A DNA stretch of 64,000 nt from Candidatus Omnitrophota bacterium (GTDB lineage Bacteria; Omnitrophota; Gorgyraeia; 2-01-FULL-45-10): NCBI GenBank assembly GCA_028699255.1, contig JAQVUX010000003.1, positions 82,654 through 146,653 of the forward strand, read 5' to 3'. The translations under genes were made by a program, and so were the position numbers. The notes beneath the pieces are model-generated. The model was not told where the DNA came from, made no database searches, and saw nothing but the letters and a program-made list of their open reading frames with translations. The first letter of the stretch is position 1; every line of letters begins with the position of its first letter. This document shows positions 48,724-58,031 of the stretch, one piece after another.

Positions 48724-50126
48724 TGGCAGAACATATTTTACAGATTATCGGTTTTGTATTGGCGACATCATTCGCGGGATTTAATATTATAGCCGCGTAT
48801 GATAAAGACAGGGTGTTCGGGTCTCTCGAAACGGCGGCTTTTTCGTATCTCTTCGGCCTTGGCGCCATATCGCTGGAGATTTTTTTCTTCGGCATGATAG
48901 GCGTGAAATTCACGACAGTAAATATAATCATGCCATGGCTTCTTTTCGCGGCTATCAATATGCCGCGCCTGAAAGAATGGTTTTTTAAGACCCGCGCGCG
49001 CAGTAATATTTTTCATAAATTCAGCCGATTTGAAACCATCATCGCTTTTCTGTTGGCCGCGATCATTTGCTATATCTTCTTTATAGCATCATTACGGCCT
49101 ATCGAATCATACGATGCGGTAGCTATATGGTCGCTGAAGGCAAAGGTCATATATTTTACAGGCTCGATCACGCCCGATTTTTTTACAATGATAGAGGCAA
49201 AATTTCATGGGGCTCATTCCGACTATCCGCTTCTTCTGCCTATAGCGCAAGCCTGGTTCTATACTTTTATAAATACATTCAATGATTATTTGGTTAAAAT
49301 GATGTTCCCGATAAATTTTACGGCCTTCCTTATAATATTCTATGTTTTCCTGAATAAAGTCATATCAAACCGGCTCTTCGCGCTTATCTTTACCTTACTA
49401 CTCTCCTCGCCCGGGCTTTTTGCAAATTATGCGACGAACGGTTATGCGGATATGCAGATGGCTATTTATGGCTCGATCACATTCTTAGCGCTCTATCTAT
49501 GGATAAAAGGTATGGGATGGGCATATTTCTGGACGGCGTTCTTCTCCTGCATATTCGCGATGTGGACCAAAAATGAAGGATTGATAACATTCTTTGGATT
49601 TATCCTGATACTGGTTATGCGCGCCTGCCATGAGACGAGGGATCGGAAGTTTTCACTCGCTACATACTCAAGACAGATATCCGCAGTGTTGATCCTGGCG
49701 GTATTATTTATATCCTGGGCATTGTTTAAAATATATATGAATGTCGGTAATGACGTGGTTAACGCGCAGGTGCTTATGAAATACGACCCGTCAACTATCT
49801 TTACGCGCCTGCTCGCGATTTTATATGAATACCAGAGGCAGATATTCGGAGTGAAATATTGGAACCTGTCCTGGATAGCGTTTCTATTATTAGCCGTTTC
49901 CGGATACAGGAAACTTTTTTCCGAGGAGAATAGGTATATAATCGTTCCTATATTTTTTATATTGTTTTCATATGCGGTTGTATTTTTTATAACGCCGCAA
50001 GGTATCACATGGCATTTACGTACGAGCCTGAACCGGCTGTTGATTCACGTATTGCCGCTGGCGTTGTTCTATGTCGCGATGCGCGTAAACGGGATATGCT
50101 CAAATGAGCTCACTAATAATAAATAA
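48720..50126 (+). CDS. Polytopic membrane protein (possible GT-C family / accessory)
   Basis: 468 aa, more than 10 hydrophobic helices, no clear motif. Confidence 0.45.
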   Translation: MMAEHILQIIGFVLATSFAGFNIIAAYDKDRVFGSLETAAFSYLFGLGAISLEIFFFGMIGVKFTTVNIIMPWLLFAAINMPRLKEWFFKTRARSNIFHKFSRFETIIAFLLAAIICYIFFIASLRPIESYDAVAIWSLKAKVIYFTGSITPDFFTMIEAKFHGAHSDYPLLLPIAQAWFYTFINTFNDYLVKMMFPINFTAFLIIFYVFLNKVISNRLFALIFTLLLSSPGLFANYATNGYADMQMAIYGSITFLALYLWIKGMGWAYFWTAFFSCIFAMWTKNEGLITFFGFILILVMRACHETRDRKFSLATYSRQISAVLILAVLFISWALFKIYMNVGNDVVNAQVLMKYDPSTIFTRLLAILYEYQRQIFGVKYWNLSWIAFLLLAVSGYRKLFSEENRYIIVPIFFILFSYAVVFFITPQGITWHLRTSLNRLLIHVLPLALFYVAMRVNGICSNELTNNK

Positions 50127-51843
50127 GAAAAATATAGCCATAACTTTATTCCTGGCCTCGCTGGCGTACTTTCTATTCTTTTGCAGGTTCGGCATCCTCT
50201 TCCAGGACGAGGGCTATTTTAATATCCGGTGCATAAGGATGCTCTCCGGAGAGTTACTGTATAAAGATTTTTTCCTGCATACACCGCCCATCGCTTATTT
50301 CCTGCAGGCGCTGATATTCAAAATATTCGGTAACGCGCTTATCGTAGGCAGGATAAGCACCGCCGTATTGGGAGCTTTTATAACGCTTCTTATATTTCTC
50401 GTTTCATCCAGGATATCATCGGTTATTTTTTCGATAATACCGTCACTGTTATTTATATTCTGGGGCGTGTCTCACATACCGTATCCTTCCTTTAACTGGA
50501 CGGGGTTGCTTCTGGGGCTTTCGGTGGTGCTACTCTTTACCAGGTCAATAGAGACGGGGAGTAAGCCGTGTATAATATTCTCGGGTTTTCTATCGAGCTT
50601 CCTGTTTTTTACAAAACAGAACCTTGGCGTCGCCGCGTTCGCGGCTATATGCGGATTTTTTATCTTAGAGAAGATGCTTAATCCTAAAGAAAAGATATTT
50701 CCGGGCGCGGCCTATTTTGCCGCGGGCGCGTTTATCGGCGTATTCCCGGTTATCAATCATGCTTATACGACAGGTATTTTGCCGGGCATGATCTATTATG
50801 TTTTTGGTTATGGTTATAAGTCCGGGATGATGAGGGCGGATTTTTTCCCATTTCCTCATATAGTTCCCGCGTCGTTTCTTATCGGCGGGTTCTATGCTTT
50901 GATAGGTTTTTTCGCGTATCGGTTGATTGTAAAAAAGAAAGCGGTTTACGGGATAACCCTGGCGTTCATAGCCGCGTTGGTGGCCGCGGCTTATCATGTT
51001 TTTAAAGGCTCATCCGGATGGTATTATGCGCTGGACCATATCAAGGAGGGGGCTTTTAACGGTTTTTTTAACCTGCCCGCCCTTTCGATAATATTGATTT
51101 TTGTCATGTCGGGTTATTTGATATTCCGGAAGCCCCGCGCATTGAACGCCAGGGAAAAAATGGCGCTCTTCCTGGCGATATTCGCGCTTATTTATATATG
51201 GGCGGGGTTGTTTGCGGCGAGAGACTATGTGCACCTGATACCTACGATGCCCATAGCGTACGTTCTTTACGGATACCTGCTCGAAAGATCGGCGAAATTT
51301 CTGTTTAAAAACATAAATAAAACATTTACGGCCATATATTGTTTTGCCCTGCCGGCGATTTTTCTCTGTGGCGTGGGGTTGACGGCTAATCTTATGAATG
51401 AGACATTCAGATTCTCATCGTCTCCGCTTATCGGCATGACCGCTCGCGTAGAGGCGCCTGACGCTGAGCATATACTGGCTACTCCGGATGAAAGTAAAGT
51501 GGTCTCGGATGTAGCGCGCTCTATCCGGGATAATACAGGGAAGAACGACAGTATATTTTGCCTTCATGCTTGCGAGACCTTTTATATCCTCTCCGAAAGG
51601 AGATGCGCTTCGTTTTATACATTCTTCATACCGAACGCGTTTGGCAAATCCGATCAGGCCAGGGTTATCTCGGATCTCGACGCGGGGAACACGAAGCTTG
51701 TCCTGGCGCAAAAGGACCTGATGGGTGTTTCTCACGGCGGCGGCATATCGGATGAAATAGAGAAATATGTGCGGGAAAAATATTATATAAAGGATACGAT
51801 AGGAAATTATTATATTTTTATAAGAAAGCCCGGCGCGATATGA
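50104..51843 (+). CDS. ArnT/PMT-like GT-C glycosyltransferase (GT39/GT83 family)
   Basis: 579 aa polytopic. DE motif in the first periplasmic loop (FQDEGYF). C-terminal soluble domain. Confidence 0.6.
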   Translation: MSSLIINKKNIAITLFLASLAYFLFFCRFGILFQDEGYFNIRCIRMLSGELLYKDFFLHTPPIAYFLQALIFKIFGNALIVGRISTAVLGAFITLLIFLVSSRISSVIFSIIPSLLFIFWGVSHIPYPSFNWTGLLLGLSVVLLFTRSIETGSKPCIIFSGFLSSFLFFTKQNLGVAAFAAICGFFILEKMLNPKEKIFPGAAYFAAGAFIGVFPVINHAYTTGILPGMIYYVFGYGYKSGMMRADFFPFPHIVPASFLIGGFYALIGFFAYRLIVKKKAVYGITLAFIAALVAAAYHVFKGSSGWYYALDHIKEGAFNGFFNLPALSIILIFVMSGYLIFRKPRALNAREKMALFLAIFALIYIWAGLFAARDYVHLIPTMPIAYVLYGYLLERSAKFLFKNINKTFTAIYCFALPAIFLCGVGLTANLMNETFRFSSSPLIGMTARVEAPDAEHILATPDESKVVSDVARSIRDNTGKNDSIFCLHACETFYILSERRCASFYTFFIPNAFGKSDQARVISDLDAGNTKLVLAQKDLMGVSHGGGISDEIEKYVREKYYIKDTIGNYYIFIRKPGAI

Positions 51844-52406
51844 AAAAGACGGTATTTATAGACAGGGACGGTGTAATAAATAAGGATCCGGCCGGCTGGA
51901 CGACGTATAGCTACGTTACCGCGTGGGAAGACTTTCATTTTTTGCCAGGCGCCCTGGATGCGCTTAAATCCCTTACTGTGGCGGGATACGATATAATCGT
52001 TATCTCGAATCAGGGCGGCATAAGTAAAAAATATTTCTCGTCGGCCGCGCTGGACGGGATAACCTCGAAAATGCTGGATGAGATAACCAGGGCAGGCGGC
52101 AGGATAAAGAAAGTCTATTATTGTCCGCATCAGGATAGCGATAATTGCGCCTGCCGTAAACCTAAGACCGGCATGTTCGAGCGCGCCGAACGTGAGCTCG
52201 GAGTAAAGGCCAGAGGCGCTTACTTTATCGGCGACGGCAGGACGGACGTCGCGGCGGGGGAGGCGATGGGCATGAAGACGGTGCTCGTATTGAGCGGCAA
52301 GACATCGGGTGACGATATCGCGGGATGGGAAACGAAACCGGATATAGTGGTCAAAGATCTACTGGAAGCGGTAAAGTATATAATGAAAGAAGGAGATGTG
52401 TCGTGA
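51840..52406 (+). CDS. gmhB: D,D-heptose 1,7-bisphosphate phosphatase GmhB (HAD IIIA)
   Basis: 188 aa. FIDRDGVIN, CxC...C zinc motif (CPHQDSDNCACRKP), GDGRTD. Confidence 0.75.
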   Translation: MKKTVFIDRDGVINKDPAGWTTYSYVTAWEDFHFLPGALDALKSLTVAGYDIIVISNQGGISKKYFSSAALDGITSKMLDEITRAGGRIKKVYYCPHQDSDNCACRKPKTGMFERAERELGVKARGAYFIGDGRTDVAAGEAMGMKTVLVLSGKTSGDDIAGWETKPDIVVKDLLEAVKYIMKEGDVS

Positions 52407-53443
52407 GGATTCTTATAACAGGCGGGGCCGGGATGGTGGGGAGCCATGCGGCGGAGTTATACTCGAAGGATAGCGCCAACCAGGTGACCGTCCTCGATAA
52501 TCTTATGCGTTCGGAGCTATTCGAATACGACAAGAAGAGCGTTGAATACAACTGGAATTACCTGAAAAAATACAGCAATATAAAACGCATAAAAGGCGAT
52601 GTGAGAAACGAGCGGGACGTAATTTCGGCTATCGGCAAAGGCGTGGATCTTTGTATACACACCGCCGGACAGCCGGGGGTCGGGTTATCCGTGAAAGAAC
52701 CGATGGAGGATTTCAGCATCAACGCCTATGGGACGCTGAATGTGCTGGAGTGCCTGCGGCAGAAATCTAAGAATGCGTGCGTCGTATATTGCTCCACCAA
52801 TAAAGTTTTTGGCGAAAATGTCGATCGCATAAAACTTGCCGAGAAAGAAAAGCGTTATGTATTCGACGGGAGCTTAGGGGTAGCCGAGGATATGCCGATA
52901 GATCTTACCGGTCATACGCCTTACGGGGCGAGCAAATATACCGGCGACATATATGTGCAGGAGTACGCGCATATTTACGGAATGAAGACGGCGGTATTCA
53001 GGATGAGCTGTATATACGGTATCAGACAATTCGGTTTTGAGGACCAGGGGTGGATAGCCCATTTCATAATATCCAATCTGCTGAAGAGGCCTGTAACGAT
53101 ATTCGGTAACGGTAAACAGGTCAGGGATATACTTTACGTCGAGGATCTCGTCGCGGCGTATGACAATTTTTTTAAAAGCGATAAACGCCACGGCGTATAT
53201 AATATAGGCGGCGGCGCGGAGAACACGACCTCGCTTCTGGAACTCATAGAAGCGATAGAGAAAGAAACCGGCATCAAGACAGTCTATAGTTTCAGCGATT
53301 GGCGGCCGTCGGACCAGAAGGTTTATATATCCGATATCACGAAAGTGTCGAAAGAGCTGAACTGGAAGCCTAAGATAGCGCCTGCTTACGGAATTAAAAT
53401 GCTGGTAAACTGGGTAAGAGATAATATGGAGATATTTAAATAA
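52403..53443 (+). CDS. NAD-dependent epimerase/dehydratase (CDP-paratose-2-epimerase-like SDR)
   Basis: GTG 52403 with AAGGAG RBS. TGGAGMVGSH, YGASK. Confidence 0.7.
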   Translation: MRILITGGAGMVGSHAAELYSKDSANQVTVLDNLMRSELFEYDKKSVEYNWNYLKKYSNIKRIKGDVRNERDVISAIGKGVDLCIHTAGQPGVGLSVKEPMEDFSINAYGTLNVLECLRQKSKNACVVYCSTNKVFGENVDRIKLAEKEKRYVFDGSLGVAEDMPIDLTGHTPYGASKYTGDIYVQEYAHIYGMKTAVFRMSCIYGIRQFGFEDQGWIAHFIISNLLKRPVTIFGNGKQVRDILYVEDLVAAYDNFFKSDKRHGVYNIGGGAENTTSLLELIEAIEKETGIKTVYSFSDWRPSDQKVYISDITKVSKELNWKPKIAPAYGIKMLVNWVRDNMEIFK

Positions 53444-53461
53444 CCAAGAGCGGGAGGGGCG

Positions 53462-54586
53462 ATGAAAAAAGTGCTGATACTTTACGCTACAGCCGGTATA
53501 GGCCATAAGAAGGCGGCCATTGCCGTTAAGGCGGCTTTCGATGAATTGAAGCTCGACGGCGTAGAGGTGAAATTAGAGGACGCGCTTGACCATACCAACG
53601 CTTTTTTCAAGTGGTCGTATCTCGAGTCGTACCTTTTAATGGTAAACAAACTGCCTCTTTTCTGGGGGCTCATGTATTATCTCACCGATAATTTCTATGT
53701 AAATCTTTTAGTCGCCAAAGTGCGCCGTATCAATAACTGGTTTAATTCGCGGCAATTCGCCGCATATATTAAAAAGGAAGACCCCGACGTAATAATCTCG
53801 ACGCATTTCTTCGCGTGTGAAGTGCTGTCGAATATGAAGAAGCGCGCCCAGATACGTTCCAGGCTTATTACGGTCGTTACAGATTATCGCCTGCATTCCT
53901 GGTGGGTGGCGGATCATACCGATATGTATGTAGTCGCCGGGCAGGATACGCGCGATGACCTTTTAAAATGGTTCGTTCCGCCTGAAAAGATAAAAGTTCT
54001 CGGGATACCGGTAGAGCCGGTATTTTCCAAACCGGTAGATCGCGCGCGGATCTTGCGCGAGGCGGGATTAAAAGAAGGCGTGTTTACGATATTAGTTATC
54101 GGCGGAGGGTTTGGCGTAGGCCCGATCGAGGATATAATAAAGGCGATCGGTAATATCCAGCCTTTACAGATCGTAACGGTTTGCGGCCACAATAAAGAGC
54201 TGGTCGGGAAACTGGAAGCATTGAAGGCAACGATGAAGGCGAATATAAAAGTGTGCGGATATGTAAATAACGTGTACGAATATATGGGCATAGCCGACCT
54301 TCTGATATCGAAGTCGGGCGGTATAACGGTTTCCGAAAGTCTGGCGCGGGAGCTTCCCATAATTGTTATATCACCGATAATGGGGCAGGAGACCAGGAAC
54401 AGCGGATACATTATAAAGCACGGCGCGGCCGTGAAGATAGCAAAGGCTTCGGAATTAAAAGAAGTGGTCGAGTACCTTATCGCGCATCCGGACAGGGTCG
54501 CGGCCATGAAAGAGGCGATACGGGGCATAAAGAAGCCCGCGGCTTGCTTTGATATAGCTAAGGCGGCGATAGATATATGCGGATAA
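53462..54586 (+). CDS. MGDG-synthase/UgtP-like diacylglycerol glycosyltransferase (GT28)
   Basis: 374 aa. N-terminal MGDG_synth-like region (ILYATAGIGHKKAA). C-terminal Glyco_tran_28_C-like region (SKSGGITVSESLA). Confidence 0.65.
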   Translation: MKKVLILYATAGIGHKKAAIAVKAAFDELKLDGVEVKLEDALDHTNAFFKWSYLESYLLMVNKLPLFWGLMYYLTDNFYVNLLVAKVRRINNWFNSRQFAAYIKKEDPDVIISTHFFACEVLSNMKKRAQIRSRLITVVTDYRLHSWWVADHTDMYVVAGQDTRDDLLKWFVPPEKIKVLGIPVEPVFSKPVDRARILREAGLKEGVFTILVIGGGFGVGPIEDIIKAIGNIQPLQIVTVCGHNKELVGKLEALKATMKANIKVCGYVNNVYEYMGIADLLISKSGGITVSESLARELPIIVISPIMGQETRNSGYIIKHGAAVKIAKASELKEVVEYLIAHPDRVAAMKEAIRGIKKPAACFDIAKAAIDICG

Positions 54587-55227
54587 ATGACACCGGCGAT
54601 ATAATAGCGTCGATCAAGTCTTATCTGGAACTGGAGCGCGAATCCGGGATAGAGGAGTGCTGTGCGCCCTCCTCCGGAGCTTTGAAAGGGCTGAACGAGC
54701 TTAAAAAAGAGGTATTAGCTTGCCGCGAGTGCGGACTGCATCGCACCAGAATCAATGTCGTGTTCGGTTCCGGCGATCCTACAGCGCGGCTTATGTTCGT
54801 AGGCGAGGCGCCGGGCGCCGAAGAAGACAAGCAGGGGTTGCCTTTTGTAGGACGAGCCGGACAGCTTTTGACAAAAATAATCGAGTCAATGGGCTTAAAG
54901 CGCGAGGATGTGTACATCGCGAATATATTGAAGTGCCGGCCTCCGCAAAACCGTCCGCCGCTTCCGGAGGAGATAGCCGCCTGTCGAAACAATGTAAAGC
55001 GCCAGGTGGAGATAATAAATCCACGCGTTATATGTACGCTCGGAAAATTCGCGAGCCAGACTCTTCTTGAGACGGAGACGCCCATATCGGCCCTGAGGGG
55101 CGCCTTCCGGGAGTATAACGGTATAAAAGTAATGCCGACGTACCACCCCGCCTATCTTTTAAGAAATCCGGACGATAAAAAACTCGTCTGGCAGGATATG
55201 AAGAAGATATTGAAAGAGTTGCGTTAA
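54577..55227 (+). CDS. Uracil-DNA glycosylase, family 4 (Fe-S UDG)
   Basis: 216 aa. CRECGLH...; GEAPGAEEDKQGLPFVGRAGQLL hallmark of family-4 UDG. Confidence 0.8.
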   Translation: MRINDTGDIIASIKSYLELERESGIEECCAPSSGALKGLNELKKEVLACRECGLHRTRINVVFGSGDPTARLMFVGEAPGAEEDKQGLPFVGRAGQLLTKIIESMGLKREDVYIANILKCRPPQNRPPLPEEIAACRNNVKRQVEIINPRVICTLGKFASQTLLETETPISALRGAFREYNGIKVMPTYHPAYLLRNPDDKKLVWQDMKKILKELR

Positions 55228-55235
55228 AAGGAAAT

Positions 55236-57239
55236 ATGCCGAAATTTGCCGAGATCGCAGTAGCCCTTCCCGTAGACCGCACGTTCCACTACGCCATACC
55301 TGAAGCATTGTCGAACGACATAGCTGTAGGAAAACGCGTCTTCGTGCCTTTTCAGAATCGCGCGACAGTCGGTTATTGTGTCGGGTTATGCGATGTCGCG
55401 GATGTTAAGGACGTGAAGGCGATAATTTCCATTATCGATAAAGAGCCTCTATTGAGCGAGGAGATGCTCAAACTTACCCGATGGGTAAAGGAGAACTATT
55501 TCTGCTCATGGGGCGAAGCTATCGCGGCCGTTATACCCGCCGGGATAAAGAAGGGTAAGGAATCGATCGGCTCGAGGATAAAAGAAGCGCCCTTGTCTCC
55601 ATCGGAGGAATACGCCCCTTCGAGGCCGCACAGCCTGATGGAAGAGCAGTCGCACGCGTTAAAGTCTGTGATAGAAGCGATCGATAAACATGAGCACAGG
55701 GTCTTCCTCCTGCATGGTATAACGGCGAGCGGCAAGACCGAAGTATATTTACAGGCGATCGAGCACGTGCTTGGCGAGGGGCGGCAGACGATAGTGCTCG
55801 TTCCGGAAATATCGCTTACTCCTCAGACGATCGAGCGTTTTTCCTCGAGGTTCGGCGGCCACGTCGCCGTCATCCATTCGCGTCTCACGGCCGCGAAGAA
55901 GTTCCTGGAGTGGAAGAGGATAAAGGACGGCAAGGCAAATATCGTCGTGGGTGCGCGTTCCGCGGTATTCGCGCCATTCCGCAACCTGGGACTTATCATA
56001 ATAGACGAAGAGCACGAGACTTCCTATAAGCAGGACGATGTGCCGCGTTACCACGCGCGCGATGTCGCCGTGGAACGCGCCCGCATAAATAACTGCCCGC
56101 TTATACTGGGTAGCGCCACCCCGTCCCTGGAATCGTTTTACAAGGCGAAGGCCGGCGAATACAGGCTCGTCCGGCTCACAAAGAGGATCGACGAGCGGTT
56201 ACTGCCGAAGACGAAGATAGTCGATATGAGAATGGAACTTGCCGCGCGCCGGAGAATAATGATATTTTCCAAAGTCCTGCTCGACGCAATTGCCAATATG
56301 CTTTCGGCCGGTAAGCAGGCGATAATATTTTTAAACAGGCGCGGATTTTCGACATATATAAACTGCAAGAAATGCGGGTTCGTGGTTAAATGCAAACGAT
56401 GCGACACGGTAATGGTGTATCATTACGAGACGAAGAAGCTCATATGCCATTATTGCAATTATACGATTAATCCCCCGGATATCTGCCCCAGCTGTAAATC
56501 CGATTACATAAAATATCTGGGGCTCGGTACCGAGAAGGTGGAGAGCGAGATAAGCCGCAGTTTCCCGCACGCGAAGATAGCGAGAATGGATTCGGATACC
56601 ACCACCAAACGCGGTTCGCACGACAGGATACTCGGTGATTTCAAAGCGGGGAAGATAAACCTGCTCGTCGGCACGCAGATGATCGCCAAAGGGCTCGACT
56701 TCCCGGATGTGACTTTAGTAGGTGTCGTTTCGGCGGATGTGAGCCTGAATATCCCGGATTTCAGGGCGAGCGAGCGGACGTTTAACCTGCTTACGCAGGT
56801 CGGCGGCAGGGCGGGCCGCGGAGAAGACGGCGGGGAAGTCGTGATACAGACGTATACGCCGGAGCACTACGCTATAATCGCGGCGGCGAAGCATGATTAT
56901 CAGAAGTTTTACGATGAAGAGATCATTGAGCGTAAAGAGCTGATGTTCCCGCCGTTCATAAGCCTTACAAAGGTTACCGTCCGGGCGAGGAATGACGCGC
57001 TGGCGGCAAAGTCGGCTGAGGAATTGAAGAACGTGATAGCTACGGCCGGCCCTGAGATGCTTATCTCCGGCCCGTCACCGGCGCCGATAACCAGACTGCG
57101 TGGATACTACAGGTACAATATCATATTGAAGCACAAAGAGCGGCTCGTGATGTGCGCGCTCCTCAAAAAAGCGCTCACCGGTTTCCGTCGGCCGCACGGT
57201 GTCCTCATCGCCGTTGACGTCGACCCGGTGTCGATGTAG
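55236..57239 (+). CDS. priA: Primosomal protein N' (replication-restart helicase PriA)
   Basis: 667 aa. Walker A GITASGKTEV, DEEH, Cys-rich zinc module CKKCGF...CKRCD...CHYC...CPSC. C-terminal helicase domain. Confidence 0.9.
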   Translation: MPKFAEIAVALPVDRTFHYAIPEALSNDIAVGKRVFVPFQNRATVGYCVGLCDVADVKDVKAIISIIDKEPLLSEEMLKLTRWVKENYFCSWGEAIAAVIPAGIKKGKESIGSRIKEAPLSPSEEYAPSRPHSLMEEQSHALKSVIEAIDKHEHRVFLLHGITASGKTEVYLQAIEHVLGEGRQTIVLVPEISLTPQTIERFSSRFGGHVAVIHSRLTAAKKFLEWKRIKDGKANIVVGARSAVFAPFRNLGLIIIDEEHETSYKQDDVPRYHARDVAVERARINNCPLILGSATPSLESFYKAKAGEYRLVRLTKRIDERLLPKTKIVDMRMELAARRRIMIFSKVLLDAIANMLSAGKQAIIFLNRRGFSTYINCKKCGFVVKCKRCDTVMVYHYETKKLICHYCNYTINPPDICPSCKSDYIKYLGLGTEKVESEISRSFPHAKIARMDSDTTTKRGSHDRILGDFKAGKINLLVGTQMIAKGLDFPDVTLVGVVSADVSLNIPDFRASERTFNLLTQVGGRAGRGEDGGEVVIQTYTPEHYAIIAAAKHDYQKFYDEEIIERKELMFPPFISLTKVTVRARNDALAAKSAEELKNVIATAGPEMLISGPSPAPITRLRGYYRYNIILKHKERLVMCALLKKALTGFRRPHGVLIAVDVDPVSM

Positions 57240-57244
57240 AATGA

Positions 57245-57440
57245 GGAGGAAAATTTTTCGCTGTAGCGGCAGAATGTGCTGTATCGAGTGGTTTGTTCGG
57301 GACGCGCAATTTTTGGCCATGCAAAAAGTGCGCTCCGTAAAAGTTCTCGTACGCTGCCTCGAACTTTTAAGGCCCTCACAAACCACATCGCCACATCACA
57401 TTTCTGATTGAGCGAAAAATTTTATTGAAGGGCGGGCAGG
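57245..57440 (+). repeat. Tandem structured repeat unit 1 (~196 nt) in the priA-fmt spacer
   Basis: Starts GGAGGAAAATTTTTCG. Hairpin 57304-57333 with loop GCCATG. Conserved CTCGTACGCTGCCTCG. Ends GGGCGGGCAGG. Confidence 0.6.
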
Positions 57441-57449
57441 TAAGGATGG

Positions 57450-57650
57450 GGAGGAAAATTTTTCGTTCCCGGGAGGCATTCCCTCTCGGGGTTGGTATTC
57501 CGCAGGGACGCGAAATTTGTCAGCCATGTGAAAATTTCGCTCGAAAAAAATTGCTCGTACGCTGCCTCGCAATTTTTACGCCCTGCTCCATACCAACCCC
57601 TCGGGGCCCCTTCGACGGGAATCGAAAAATTTCCTGATGGGGCGGGCAGG
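57450..57650 (+). repeat. Tandem structured repeat unit 2 (~201 nt)
   Basis: Same 5' (GGAGGAAAATTTTTCG) and 3' (GGGCGGGCAGG) ends. Hairpin 57510-57540 has the same GCCATG loop but a different, still complementary, stem. Conserved CTCGTACGCTGCCTCG. Confidence 0.6.
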
Positions 57651-57836
57651 GGGCGTTATTGCAACGCGGGCGGAATAACCTCGCAGGTTGGCCAGGTGTT
57701 AGCGTTCAGATAACCTGCGAGGTTGGACGATTAGCGAGAGTAAATTAGCACCAGCGTCCTATTTCCACCCCGGGGTGGAAACATAGACACCTGTGGGAAT
57801 GAAATAGATAAGGTATAATCGTAGAATGCCCGGATA

Positions 57837-57999
57837 GGTGAGGGGACTACGCTTACGCGGCGACGTAAAAATCGCGAGCGGGCATGGTTCCCGAGCCAGG
57901 GTTAGCAGATATGCGAGGGAGAGCGAGCGATTTTTCTCGAGCGACATTTTTCACGCTGGGAAAAATGGAGCGGTCGGCGCGAAGCGTAGTCCCCTCACC
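57837..57999 (+). repeat. 163-bp element bounded by 27-bp imperfect terminal inverted repeats (MITE-like or long stem)
   Basis: 5' arm GGTGAGGGGACTACGCTTACGCGGCGAC (57837-57864). 3' arm GTCGGCGCGAAGCGTAGTCCCCTCACC (57973-57999). 18 bp perfect, then a 1-nt bulge and one mismatch. Interior has A5/T5 hairpins. Confidence 0.55.
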
Positions 58000-58031
58000 C
58001 AGGAGTTGGAAAGAAGAAAGCGGAGCTACGA

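Noticed and set aside
57199-57637. Two 70-aa ORFs, one per tandem repeat unit (57199-57411 and 57425-57637), as possible Cys-rich small proteins
   Set aside because: Their similarity is confined to the repeat ends, and the middle diverges exactly where the hairpin stems covary. That favours RNA structure over coding. No RBS. Not fully excluded, because the distance between the conserved RKIFR and LVRCL anchors differs by only one codon.
57815-57820. TATAAT at 57815 as the fmt promoter
   Set aside because: The -35 region (TGTGGG) is poor and the hexamer may be chance. It is mentioned only in the context of the MITE-like element.
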